Source of the DNA: an uncultured Eubacteriales bacterium
GTDB lineage: Bacteria; Bacillota; Clostridia; Christensenellales; UBA1242
DNA: 64,000 bases
Reading direction: 5' to 3'
Assembly: GCA_902476355.1 (NCBI GenBank)
Contig: CABSCS010000004.1
Location: forward strand, 10,085-74,084
Position numbers and translations under genes: made by a program. This document shows positions 45,899-56,183 of this stretch, in pieces. The notes below the pieces were generated by a model. The model was not told the origin of the DNA. It was given only the letters and a program-made list of their open reading frames with translations, and did no database searches. Each line of letters begins with the position of its first letter. The first letter of the stretch is position 1.

Positions 45899-46603
45899 TT
45901 ATCCAAGTTGGAAGAAAAGGTATGCAACAACCATAAGTTCTCCGATATAATAAAGAATGTGGTTGATGATGCAAAGCACTTTGCTGTTTTGTTTTCCGCC
46001 AAAATACATAAGGCTGAGAACAAGGTCACTTACAAGAACAAGCAAAACGCCAACTGCAAAAATTGCAAATCCTGGAACATAGAAACTTATGAACAAACTC
46101 AAAATTCCTGCCATTGCAACAAGGGTTGAATAGACAACTGTTTGAACTTTGTATCCTTTAAAATCAAGTTTAAGTGGCTTTGCAAGCAGAAGCACAACAA
46201 CAGCGAAGAGAAGTGCAATTGCAAATGAACCAACGCATGCAAGAACAAAATTTTTAAGACCATTCCAAATTAAAATTGTTGCAACAATATACATTGCTGA
46301 ACTACAAGAAAAACTTATCATTCCTGTGTTGAGATAGGGTTTCACTTGTTCTGGATATGCAACTTTAAGGTCAAGAACAATGTCTCCAAAAAGAGCAAGA
46401 ATCAGACCGAAAACAATAAACATGTTTGCAAGTGAAAGACCAATTTTATATGTTGCATAGATTCCTGCAAAAACAAAAATAATCGAAGCAATAGATTTTA
46501 AAGCAAGTGCAAGAGGTCCTGCACCTTTTGTGCATCTTACAAACAAAAATGCACCAACCATTATCATACAAACGGTTGCAAAAATAGCAAATTCCATAGG
46601 CAT
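45899..46603 (-). CDS. YhhN/lysoplasmalogenase-family membrane protein
   Basis: About 7 TM helices with FGDIVLD and VSDLVLSL motifs. Confidence 0.55.
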   Translation of the reverse strand: MPMEFAIFATVCMIMVGAFLFVRCTKGAGPLALALKSIASIIFVFAGIYATYKIGLSLANMFIVFGLILALFGDIVLDLKVAYPEQVKPYLNTGMISFSCSSAMYIVATILIWNGLKNFVLACVGSFAIALLFAVVVLLLAKPLKLDFKGYKVQTVVYSTLVAMAGILSLFISFYVPGFAIFAVGVLLVLVSDLVLSLMYFGGKQNSKVLCIINHILYYIGELMVVAYLFFQLG

Positions 46604-46899
46604 CTCCTTATATTTCTTTAATGATATAATTTTTCAAAAACATTTGTCAAACTAAAATGCATAATCATGCCAAAATATGAATATAATCTTATTGATGGCA
46701 AAATACAAAAACAAATGTTACTGTCAAAAACCATTACGCAATTTATTGTTTTAAATTATCTTCATCATTGTTTAGATTTTTTAAAAAAATAATCTGTTTC
46801 ATGGCACTTGCTGTTTCATAAAATATTTTTTAAAAGAAAGTGTTGACAAATGTGCGTTTTGGTTGTATTATATAAACGCTTTACGAAATAAAGCCATAT

Positions 46900-46976
46900 C
46901 GCGGGATAGAGCAGTCCGGAAGCTCGTTGGGCTCATAACCCAAAGGTCGTAGGTTCAAATCCTACTCCCGCAACCA
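46900..46976 (+). tRNA. initiator tRNA-fMet (anticodon CAT)
   Basis: CGCGGGA TA GAGC AGTCCGGAA GCTC G TTGGG CTCATAA CCCAA AGGTC GTAGG TTCAAAT CCTAC TCCCGCA A CCA. C1-A72 mismatch and a GGG/CCC anticodon stem. TTGACA-17-TATTAT promoter upstream. Confidence 0.9.
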
Positions 46977-47245
46977 TAACAAAAAAAAGAACCAATTTTA
47001 TTGGTTCTTTTTTTGTTTAAGTTCGGGGTTGGATTTGAACCGATGAAAGATTGATGGGGGCCCCCGCAAAAGTTTTCGAAGAAAAGTTTTGTGGGGAAAG
47101 GAGAAAGGCATGCCAAAGATGAAGATTTTGGCAAAACCTTGCCAAAACGAATAAAGGGGTATGGCTTTCGACGCAACCATAACACAAAAAAGAGAACCAA
47201 TTTTATTGGTTCTCTTTTTGTTTAAGTTCGGGGTCGGATTTGAAC
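46969..47245. repeat. two roughly 72-bp direct repeats (period 203 bp) that start inside the tRNA-fMet 3' end
   Basis: CGCAACCATAAC + A-run + GAACCAATTTTATTGGTTC terminator + GTTTAAGTTCGGGGT(T/C)GGATTTGAAC occurs at 46969-47040 and at 47172-47245. Confidence 0.8.
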
Positions 47246-47621
47246 TGTGTGGTGATTTTTGTTTTTCATATAAAAAAGAGAATTGTGGATAATTCTCTTT
47301 TAAATTGCAGTTTGTCAATAGCGCGGGGTTGATGAAACATGGTTGTTTTTACATGTGCAAGTTGCACAATTTTTGTGCAAAATGTACAAAGCGAATTTTT
47401 TGCGTTTTGTGTGAAATTTTTGCGCGTTTGTTTTTGAATTTTTTTTAATTGGATTTGTTTTTGTTTGAAAAATCAGAAAAAACAAAGCATTGAAAGAGTT
47501 GTTTTGTCTATAAATGTTGATTACTTTTTATTGATTTTGTTTATAATTTGGTCATAAATCATTGTAATTTTTCAATTTATAATATATAATTGAATTATCA
47601 ATTTATAGGAAGGTGTTATTT

Positions 47622-49919
47622 ATGAACGCAAGTTTAATCCCTACCATAGTGCTCAGCCTTTTCTTGGTTTGCATTATTTTGGGCTTCTTGTTTGGTTGGT
47701 TCCGTGGCTTTTCTAAATCGCTTGTAAGATTTATTATTCTTTTAGCGGTTACTGTTTTGGCTTTCTTTGTGGTTCCATCAATCACCAAAGCCGTTTTAAA
47801 AATGGATATTTCAAAGTGGAATATCAATATTGATGGGGTTCAAGTTATCACACTTGGAGACCTTATCATTGACATGCTTGAAAAAATTCCTGTTGTTCAG
47901 GAGCTTATCGAGTCGAGCCCAACATTTGAAGAGGTGATTACTCTTGCACCACAAATGATTGCAAATGTTGTTTTGTTCATTGCATTCTTCTTCATTTTTA
48001 AATGGGTTTCAATGGTTATCTATTGGATTATTGCCGGAGTCTTCTTCTCAAAAAAGAAAATGGGAGACAAAGACCGTCACAAATTTATTGGTGCGGTGAT
48101 TGGAACTGTTCAAGGTTTCATGATTGCAATTGTTTTGATGGTTCCAATTTTTGGAATGGTTGAAACAACAAGACCGGTTATGCAAGCAATCCAAGCAGAA
48201 CAACAAGCAAATGCTTCTTCTGGAAGCGAAGAAACTCCTTCTGGATTTGTATATAATGTTGATGGCGAGGGTTCTGGAACCGAAGCGGGTGGCGAAGAGG
48301 CAAACGAACCAAAAGCCCCAACTCTTGGTGAAGTTTCAGATGAATCAATGAAATATATTAACGCTTTTGACAACACTTGGCTTGTAAAAGTGCTCAAGGC
48401 TGTGAAAATTTCAGACATGTCTGTTGCAATGTTCGACTCTCTCACAACTGTAAAAGACAGAGACCTTGAAATTCAACTTCGCAAAGAAATGAAAATTGTT
48501 GCCGATGCATATCCTGGACTTTCAGGACTTATTGGTGGTGATGCCAACCTTGAAGACGCAAACACCTATGACAGTTTGAAATCTGCTTTTGACAAACTTT
48601 ATGAATCACCAGTTCTTTCTGGAATTGTTTCAGAAATTGTTCCAGCGGCTGCAAGCCGTTGGAGCGACCCAACTGTTGCCGAAGAAAACAGAGTGTTCTG
48701 CGGAATTCCAAAACCAAAATTTCAAGACGCAAGCACAAACCGCGTGTTCGATGCACTTCTTCTTAACCTTTCAACACAAACCGACAAAGATGAAATCAAA
48801 AAAGATGTTGACACATCTATCGACGTTATGAAACTTTGCTGTTCATCTGGAATTGTTACAGCCGTTAAACACAATGGCGACATTATGGAAGTTCTTCTTC
48901 GTGAAAACAACCAAAACCTTGTTTCAGACATTATTGATTTGTCGCTCAAAAGCAAAACTCTTGGAGATTGCTTGCCAGACATTATCAACATGGCAATGAA
49001 TCAACTTTATAAAGCACTTGCCATTACCGATGCCCCAGAAATTACATTAAAGAGCAACGAAGTGAACTGGGAAACCGAAAAAGTTCTTCTTCAAAATGTG
49101 TTCAACAATGTTTTGAAACTTTATGACGGAATCAAGAAGGGAACCGATGCGGGAAAAGACGCACTTGACAGCATTGACTTTGCATCACTTGGAAGAGCAT
49201 TTGACGGACTTCGCTTGTCACAACTTTTGTCTGCTGGTTCACTTTCAATTATGACCAAACTTATGGATTCAGATTTCATTGTTGGTGCCGACGCTTCTGT
49301 TCTTGCAACATTCAAAGATAAAATGACTGCGGTTTGGACAGATTCAACCGTAAAAATGGAAGACACATTTGTTGCAATTCAAAACGCACTTGTTCTTGCA
49401 AAAAACCTTAAAAATGCTTCAACCGAAATTACACCAGAGAACATTGGTAACATTGTAAATGGTCTTAAAGAAAACGAAACTTTGAAAGACACCGTAAATG
49501 AACTTCTTAACAACGAAGAGACAATGAAAAATCTTGGCCTTGACCAAACAACTGCTGGCGTTGTTAAAGAGACAATTTCTTCTGTTATAAACTATGAATA
49601 TAAAGAAGGCGAGGACATTCAAAAAGATATCGACGCAATTTCAGAAGTTTATAATGTTGCAAACAAAGTTATGTCCGCTGGTGTAGATTCACAAGTTAAG
49701 CTTGACACAACTGAAACTAACAAACTTGTCGAAAAGATTGCTGAATCAACAGTTATCAAAGACAACCTTACAAAAGCAGGCAGCAAAGTTGGAAACCTTG
49801 ATTATAGCAAACTTTCTAATGAATCAAAAACCAACATTGCACAATCAATCAATGACAACCAAACTCTTTCAACAGAAGAGAAAAATGCTCTCAAAGCATT
49901 GTTTGGTATTGGTGCTTAA
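47622..49919 (+). CDS. large membrane-anchored hypothetical protein (about 4 N-terminal TM helices and a long helical extracytoplasmic or cytoplasmic domain)
   Basis: 765 aa from the ATG after the GGAAGG RBS. No family recognised. Confidence 0.55.
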   Translation: MNASLIPTIVLSLFLVCIILGFLFGWFRGFSKSLVRFIILLAVTVLAFFVVPSITKAVLKMDISKWNINIDGVQVITLGDLIIDMLEKIPVVQELIESSPTFEEVITLAPQMIANVVLFIAFFFIFKWVSMVIYWIIAGVFFSKKKMGDKDRHKFIGAVIGTVQGFMIAIVLMVPIFGMVETTRPVMQAIQAEQQANASSGSEETPSGFVYNVDGEGSGTEAGGEEANEPKAPTLGEVSDESMKYINAFDNTWLVKVLKAVKISDMSVAMFDSLTTVKDRDLEIQLRKEMKIVADAYPGLSGLIGGDANLEDANTYDSLKSAFDKLYESPVLSGIVSEIVPAAASRWSDPTVAEENRVFCGIPKPKFQDASTNRVFDALLLNLSTQTDKDEIKKDVDTSIDVMKLCCSSGIVTAVKHNGDIMEVLLRENNQNLVSDIIDLSLKSKTLGDCLPDIINMAMNQLYKALAITDAPEITLKSNEVNWETEKVLLQNVFNNVLKLYDGIKKGTDAGKDALDSIDFASLGRAFDGLRLSQLLSAGSLSIMTKLMDSDFIVGADASVLATFKDKMTAVWTDSTVKMEDTFVAIQNALVLAKNLKNASTEITPENIGNIVNGLKENETLKDTVNELLNNEETMKNLGLDQTTAGVVKETISSVINYEYKEGEDIQKDIDAISEVYNVANKVMSAGVDSQVKLDTTETNKLVEKIAESTVIKDNLTKAGSKVGNLDYSKLSNESKTNIAQSINDNQTLSTEEKNALKALFGIGA

Positions 49920-50170
49920 TAAATAAAAAATATGCAGAAATTTCTGCATATTTTTTTTATGCTTATTTTTAAAATTGCTTAAAGGAAAAATCAAAAAACA
50001 AATAGAGCCGATGTGAATTATCTTTATGATTGGTTTAATAAAAGGTGCAGTCTTGGCAGTGGATTTTATTGCTGAATATCATATCAAATAAATTGTATAA
50101 AAATGAAAATTGCTATTGAAAAAAGCGTGAGGATAGGATATAATGATTACACATTTTTACGGAGAAAGAT

Positions 50171-50842
50171 ATGAGAGAAAAATTTTATGTGTTTCTTGAT
50201 ATTGACGGAACACTTTGGGACATGAAAGACCTTCACAAAAGAAACAAGGTTGTTGTTGAACTTAATCCAGAAAGCATTCAGGCAGTTTATGCATTGATGG
50301 ATAGTTTGGAGCAAAAATATAATGCCGAACTTGTTATCACATCGCGCAGAAGAACCGATTGGTGTGAATGTTTGCGTTTCTTGCAACAAGAAGGGTTTGA
50401 TATTTTTAAATATGATTTGCACAGAACTCATCTTACAAATTGGAAAAAGCCTCGCGGGGTTAAAATTGCTGAATATATGTATAACGACCGCATTGGAAAT
50501 TCTGGCTACGAACCAAAACTCTTTTCAAGGCTTTTTGAAAAGCACATGGCAAAAAAAGAAAACCAAAAGATGAAAAACAATTTTGTTGTTATTGATGACG
50601 ACATGGCCCCACTTAAAGATTATATTTTGCCAGAAAACATTATCCAAACAAGCAGAGAAAGAAGATCTCTTGACATGGAAATGGTTGAAGAATTTTTGCG
50701 TTCAAAAGGACTTGAAAATGTGAATAAAGGTCAACATATTTTGCAGAGGAAAGAAGAAAAGCAAATTGTTGAAACAAGAAAACCAGACAAAATCAAACAA
50801 CCGGCTTCATCTTTGGAAGAAAGCGAACTTGGAGAAGAATAA
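50171..50842 (+). CDS. HAD-like hypothetical protein
   Basis: FLDIDGTLWD (HAD motif I) and VVIDDD near the C-terminal third. Confidence 0.5.
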   Translation: MREKFYVFLDIDGTLWDMKDLHKRNKVVVELNPESIQAVYALMDSLEQKYNAELVITSRRRTDWCECLRFLQQEGFDIFKYDLHRTHLTNWKKPRGVKIAEYMYNDRIGNSGYEPKLFSRLFEKHMAKKENQKMKNNFVVIDDDMAPLKDYILPENIIQTSRERRSLDMEMVEEFLRSKGLENVNKGQHILQRKEEKQIVETRKPDKIKQPASSLEESELGEE

Positions 50843-50967
50843 AAAGACCCACTTTTGTGGGTTTTTCTTTTGCATTTTTTCTGCCTTTTTAATGCAATAT
50901 TGGGGGTTGAAAAAAGGTGACAGGTGTGATATAATAAAGTTACAATTAAATATAAGGATGGTTGAAT

Positions 50968-52365
50968 ATGGATTCACAAGAAATTTTATTGTCTGAACTT
51001 TCAGACGGAGTGAAAGGTTTGAACCTTTATTTGAACAGTGACGACTCGGGAGAATGGAATCTTCGCAGAGTTAAAAAATTCATTAAAAGTTCAGATTTTG
51101 CAAAGCGCGATTTTGTGCTTAAACGCAAACTTTATATCATGTTTGACCCAAGTCAAAGAGTTTCTTCTGATGTTCTTAAAAAACAAGTTGACCTTTATGT
51201 TGACCTTTTGAATGAAGGGTTTGATGTTGCGAGCGCTTTCCCAGAGTTTGCAGGCTTTATTGAAAACATGTTCAAAACCGACATAAACAAACTCAGTAAC
51301 GACAAACTTTTTGCAATGCTCCATGCAATGGACAGACTTAAAAATGAGTGCACAACCGATGTTATAGATGAGTTTGAAACAAAAATTCCACTTCTTTACG
51401 CTCAAAATATTGATGACATGACCAATCGTCGTTTGAGCATTTTGATAAACTATATCAAAGATATGGAGTTTGACAACCTTACAATGGAGCAACAAGGCTT
51501 TGTGATTGACCTTTTCAATCGATGTGCTGTTAAAACCGAAACAAGTGACAACAACCGAAATAAACTTTCAACTTCTGATTGGTTCAAAGACAATGTTTCG
51601 AACTATTATAGCCAATTCAACAAAGCATTTTTCAATGTTGGATTCTATGAGAATTCACTTCTTGACGAGCCAACAAAAAAAATTCGTTTTAAATATCTTG
51701 TGAAATATGCAAACTTGCAGAATGCTTTCATAAAACAAATGGAAAATGAGGCGGGTTATTACAGAACAACTGTTGCAAGACATCTTTATCGCAGTTCATC
51801 GGACAAGGTTTATGAAACCGCAAGAAACTGTGCAAGAAATCTCGAAATTCCAACATTTCCAGAATATGACGAATCGTCTTCGTCTTTCAAATATTATTAT
51901 CTTCGTGAACCACGCGAATATAAAACCAGCGTAACATCAAAAATGCTTGGAATGTTCCGCTCAATGGTTCGCTATAAATTGTCAGAAGCAAGTTGGACAG
52001 GCGACATAAAGTTGTCTGCTCAAAAACTTTCAGAGTTTGTTTGCACAAACAAAATGAATCATGATGTGATGAAAATCATGGCAGAAAATCAACGTGATGA
52101 AGATTTTGTTCATGGCTACAAGCAACTTGGCGCATGGCTTGTTTCGCTTGTTCACCTTGATGAACTTTCAAGAACTCCGGTTTCTGATTTGATCCCTCCA
52201 CTGGACAAAAAATTCTTACAAAGACCTCAAATGCAAAAAGAACCAGAAAAGCAAACAAGTCCACTTGAAACAACTGTTTTAAAAAAGGTTGAAACAGGTT
52301 TTTATGTGAAAGAAAAACAAGGCCAACAACAACTTTCATTTTTTCAACCAGGCGAAGAAGAATAA
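50968..52365 (+). CDS. hypothetical protein, 465 aa
   Basis: Long ORF with a terminator after it. No family recognised. Confidence 0.5.
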   Translation: MDSQEILLSELSDGVKGLNLYLNSDDSGEWNLRRVKKFIKSSDFAKRDFVLKRKLYIMFDPSQRVSSDVLKKQVDLYVDLLNEGFDVASAFPEFAGFIENMFKTDINKLSNDKLFAMLHAMDRLKNECTTDVIDEFETKIPLLYAQNIDDMTNRRLSILINYIKDMEFDNLTMEQQGFVIDLFNRCAVKTETSDNNRNKLSTSDWFKDNVSNYYSQFNKAFFNVGFYENSLLDEPTKKIRFKYLVKYANLQNAFIKQMENEAGYYRTTVARHLYRSSSDKVYETARNCARNLEIPTFPEYDESSSSFKYYYLREPREYKTSVTSKMLGMFRSMVRYKLSEASWTGDIKLSAQKLSEFVCTNKMNHDVMKIMAENQRDEDFVHGYKQLGAWLVSLVHLDELSRTPVSDLIPPLDKKFLQRPQMQKEPEKQTSPLETTVLKKVETGFYVKEKQGQQQLSFFQPGEEE

Positions 52366-52542
52366 TTATAAACCACCAAATATTTGGTGGTTTTTTATTG
52401 CAAGATAAAGTTTTTGCACTTTTTGTGAATGTTTAAGTGCATGACAAATAAATTTGGCTTAAAATTGCAATTTAGGGCTTAAAACTGTGAAAAATAAGTG
52501 AAATTTTAGTGCAAATTTTGAAAGTTGTGTTATAATGAAAAC

Positions 52543-53457
52543 ATGAAAGAAGTTGAATTTAAACATCATGTTGAACTTGTGAATAATTCAAAAGAAAAAG
52601 ATTTGTTCGAAAAACATAAAGATTATATCCTTGAAGTTGTAAACGAATTTTTATCTAGTTTTGATTTTTCTGCAAATTTGACAATCAGAGTTGAAGACGT
52701 TTCAAATGATGCAGAGTTTGTGAACGGAGAAGTTTCAGATGCTTTTTCTGGTGTGACAAAATATGGTCATTTTATTGGGCTTTCAAGCATGCTTCTTCGT
52801 TTAGCCGAACATGACCAAGGGCTTCGACTTTGCTCGGCACTTTTTCATGAACTTGCGCATGTTTATGACCACCATCACATTTTGAAAAGTCCATATTGCA
52901 AGTTCAATCCAATGAAACTTTCACATGAAACTGTTGATGACTTGGTTTTTGCTTGTGGCTATCATTTTTGGACAGAGTTTTTTGCGTATTATAAAACATA
53001 TTGGCTGTTTGAAGAAAGCAGAGAGCAATATCCAACTTTTTTAAAAATTGTAAATGCTTATAAAAGTTTGAAAGAAAGGCACGCTGAAATTGATAAGTAT
53101 ATTTGGACAGACCGTAAACGTGTTGCAAGAAAATGCGCGGGGTTCATAGGCGATGTTGAAGCGTTTATTTATGCTCTTTCAAAGTATATGGCGGGCAATG
53201 CAAACAAACGTAAAAGTTATCAATATTGCGACAAAACCAAAAACATGAAAGAGTTTGGCGAAGTTGAAACAATTGTGCAAAGGCTATATGCAAAGATTGC
53301 TCCAATTTTCACGAATACCTATGGCAGAGGCATGACAAACAAGATTGGTTGGCTTGGAAACAGCATTATTGTGAATGTTTATAAAAAATTCAATATTTGT
53401 CCTGTGCAAGGAAAGAAAAGAGCACACTATGCTTTGTATTCGGGAGAGGAAGAATGA
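52543..53457 (+). CDS. putative zinc metalloprotease (HExxH)
   Basis: LFHELAHVYDHHH. Confidence 0.5.
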   Translation: MKEVEFKHHVELVNNSKEKDLFEKHKDYILEVVNEFLSSFDFSANLTIRVEDVSNDAEFVNGEVSDAFSGVTKYGHFIGLSSMLLRLAEHDQGLRLCSALFHELAHVYDHHHILKSPYCKFNPMKLSHETVDDLVFACGYHFWTEFFAYYKTYWLFEESREQYPTFLKIVNAYKSLKERHAEIDKYIWTDRKRVARKCAGFIGDVEAFIYALSKYMAGNANKRKSYQYCDKTKNMKEFGEVETIVQRLYAKIAPIFTNTYGRGMTNKIGWLGNSIIVNVYKKFNICPVQGKKRAHYALYSGEEE

Positions 53458-53888
53458 AGGCGATAATCCAGAAAGTTAAAAAAGCAACCCTTTACAGCGA
53501 GGGTGAAAAGTTCAGTGAAATTGGAAATGGAATGCTTGTTTTGTTTGGAGTTTCGGCAAATGATGATGCATCAAAAGTGAAAGCGTTTGCAGAGAAAATC
53601 TTGAAACTTCGCATTTTTGATGATGAAAACGGAAAAACAAACAAAAGCATTTTTGACACAAACGGCGAAATTATGGTTGTAAGCAACTTTACTCTTTATG
53701 CTTCACTAAAAGGAACAAATCGTCCAGATTTCATAAATTCTGCAAAGGCTGAAAAAGCAGAAGAAATTTATAATTTGTTTGTGAAAGAACTTTCAAAACA
53801 AATCAAAGTGAAAACCGGAGTTTTTCGAACATATATGGAGATTGAAACCGTTCTTGACGGCCCCGGAACCTATGAATATGAGGTGTAG
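53454..53888 (+). CDS. dtd: D-aminoacyl-tRNA deacylase
   Basis: MKAIIQKV..A.......I.NG.LVLFGV...D, SNFTLYA, NRPDF, DGPGT. The ATGA overlaps the upstream stop. Confidence 0.9.
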   Translation: MKAIIQKVKKATLYSEGEKFSEIGNGMLVLFGVSANDDASKVKAFAEKILKLRIFDDENGKTNKSIFDTNGEIMVVSNFTLYASLKGTNRPDFINSAKAEKAEEIYNLFVKELSKQIKVKTGVFRTYMEIETVLDGPGTYEYEV

Positions 53889-54076
53889 AGCACAAAAACA
53901 AAATTGATTTGTCAAAGAAACAAAATTTTGTTTTAAAACTATTATAATATTGATAATTGCAGATAATGTGAAAAACATTGTCTGTTTTGTTATCTTGAAT
54001 AAAAATTTTCAAACCTGTTTTTTGCGATTGAAAATATTTTGTTGCCATGATATAATTTGGCTGAAAGGAGAAAAAT

Positions 54077-55153
54077 ATGTATATAAAAGCAAGCAGAAAG
54101 TGGCAGTTTACGCTTGAAATTGCAATGATTGTTCTTGGAACAATTATAATGGGATTTGGGTTCAGTGTTTTTCTTGAACCAAACGAAATTTCAACCGGTG
54201 GATTTTCGGCACTTTCAATGGTTATCAATGTGTTGTTTGGAAAAATTGGAATAAACAAAATTCCAACATCAGTCATCTATTTGGTGCTCAACATTGGGTT
54301 ATATTTCTTGGCACTCAAAACTCTTGGAAAAAGGTTTGCTATAAAGGCGCTCATCGGCATTGTTTCATTTTCACTCAGCATGCAACTTTTTGCACTTATC
54401 AAACTTAACCTTTCTTTTGAACTTTTGGTTTCTGCAATCTATGGCGGAATCATCATGGGGCTTGGCGTTGGCCTTGTTGTTCGCTTTGGTGGCTCAACTG
54501 GCGGGTCTGATATGATTGCTTGCATCGTGAAAAAGAAAAAGCCCGAAGCAACAATTGGCACACTTATCATTTGCATTGATGCTTTCATCATTCTTTTGTC
54601 AACAATCACATTCAGCGACGGCGTTCGCCTTTTGCCATACACAATCATTGCACTTGTTTTGAGCATGCTTGTTACAGATTTTGTGAATGATGGATACAAG
54701 CAAGTTCGTGCGGTGAATATTGTAACAACAAAACCAGAAGAACTTTCAGGCGCAATCATGGATAAACTTGCAAGAGGTTGCACTTGTTTGCAGGTTAAAG
54801 GAATGCACAGCAAAAGTGACCGCTATCAACTTGTTTGCCTTGTAAGTAAATATCAAATTGGACAGTTGAAATCTATCATCAAAGAAATTGATTCAGAGGC
54901 ATTTGTATATCTTACAAAAGTATCCGAGGTTGTTGGAATTTGGAGTTCGGTTGAAGAAATTCAAAAGGAAACCGAAGGCAAAGATAAAAAAGAAAAACCA
55001 AAAAAGAAATCTAAAACAAAAGAAGGCAAAGTCCAGGTGCAAGAAACAAATAGTGCTGAAAATGTTTTGCCAGAGGAAAATCAACAAGAAACTATTTCTA
55101 GGCAAAATGAACAGGAAAATATCCCCAAAGAAAATGGTGGAGAAGATAAATAA
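54077..55153 (+). CDS. YitT-family (DUF2179) membrane protein with a Lys/Glu-rich tail
   Basis: GGFSALSMVIN, GGSTGGSDMIA, C-terminal DUF2179-like IVTTKPEELSGAIMDKLARGCT. Confidence 0.75.
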   Translation: MYIKASRKWQFTLEIAMIVLGTIIMGFGFSVFLEPNEISTGGFSALSMVINVLFGKIGINKIPTSVIYLVLNIGLYFLALKTLGKRFAIKALIGIVSFSLSMQLFALIKLNLSFELLVSAIYGGIIMGLGVGLVVRFGGSTGGSDMIACIVKKKKPEATIGTLIICIDAFIILLSTITFSDGVRLLPYTIIALVLSMLVTDFVNDGYKQVRAVNIVTTKPEELSGAIMDKLARGCTCLQVKGMHSKSDRYQLVCLVSKYQIGQLKSIIKEIDSEAFVYLTKVSEVVGIWSSVEEIQKETEGKDKKEKPKKKSKTKEGKVQVQETNSAENVLPEENQQETISRQNEQENIPKENGGEDK

Positions 55154-55336
55154 TTAAATCCAATAAATAAAGTAAAAAGGAACACTATTTTGTGTTCCTT
55201 TTGTTTTTGTTTATGATGTTTAAAGCGTTATTGATTATGATTGTCAAAGAAATAAAAAAATGTGTAAAGTTTGGAAAAAATAAAAACAAGTTTTGAAGTG
55301 TTGAATAATTTATGCAAGAAATGAAAATATGGATAT

Positions 55337-55558
55337 ATGGTATATTTTTCATATCATGGAGAAATTAGAAAATTGGTGATGAACGGAGAACTTGAAAAAG
55401 TGGTTTTTGTTGAAAGATACAAGCAAATTTCACCTGCACTTGTTTTGTTATTCAAGACGCATACACCAATGCCTGTAAGGCAACACCGGTTTAAAGAATA
55501 TAAAGAATTTCTTAAAAAATATGGTTTTGAAGTGGAAATTCCAGATAAATATATGTGA
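55337..55558 (+). CDS. hypothetical small protein (weak call, no clear RBS)
   Basis: ORF only. Confidence 0.25.
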   Translation: MVYFSYHGEIRKLVMNGELEKVVFVERYKQISPALVLLFKTHTPMPVRQHRFKEYKEFLKKYGFEVEIPDKYM

Positions 55559-55644
55559 TTTGCGTTTTTTTTGTGAACATTATTTTAATTTTTATGAATA
55601 TTTATTTTTGCTTTGGACAGAATTGTTTTTAAAGGAGAAAAAAT

Positions 55645-56067
55645 ATGAAGAAAATTTTAAATGTATTTGCACTTTTGTTTGTTGTTCTTTGTGCTGGGGC
55701 ATTTGTTGCCTGCGGAACAAACAACAAAACAAACTCGGTTTCAGAAGACTTTAAGTTCACCTATGTGAAGGGCAGTGCCGAAAAAACGACAGTAAAAGAA
55801 AACTATAACATTAAAATCAATTTGACAGTTGAAAACCAAAAAGAAGCAGAAAACACTCTTGATGCAACAAAATTTGTGCTTAAACAAGAAGACAAGAAAG
55901 TGAACACCACATCAGATTTCATGGTTGGTGAAGAAAAGAAAGTTACAATTGCTTTTAAAACGACCGAGAAACAAGAAGTGATGCTTTATCTTGTAACAGC
56001 AAAAACGCTCACTGGTGAATGCGTGCTTTATTATGGTGATGTTCAATTATTCAAAGTTGAAGTTTAA
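55645..56067 (+). CDS. lipoprotein
   Basis: AAAGGAG RBS, lipobox AFVACGT, terminator downstream. Confidence 0.65.
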   Translation: MKKILNVFALLFVVLCAGAFVACGTNNKTNSVSEDFKFTYVKGSAEKTTVKENYNIKINLTVENQKEAENTLDATKFVLKQEDKKVNTTSDFMVGEEKKVTIAFKTTEKQEVMLYLVTAKTLTGECVLYYGDVQLFKVEV

Positions 56068-56183
56068 AGCGTAAAGACAAAAAACACTATCAAATGATAG
56101 TGTTTTTTTATTGGATTTTTATGATTTTTATTTTATATTTGTAAAATTTGCAATAAATTTGTTTTGATTTATACAAATCAATT

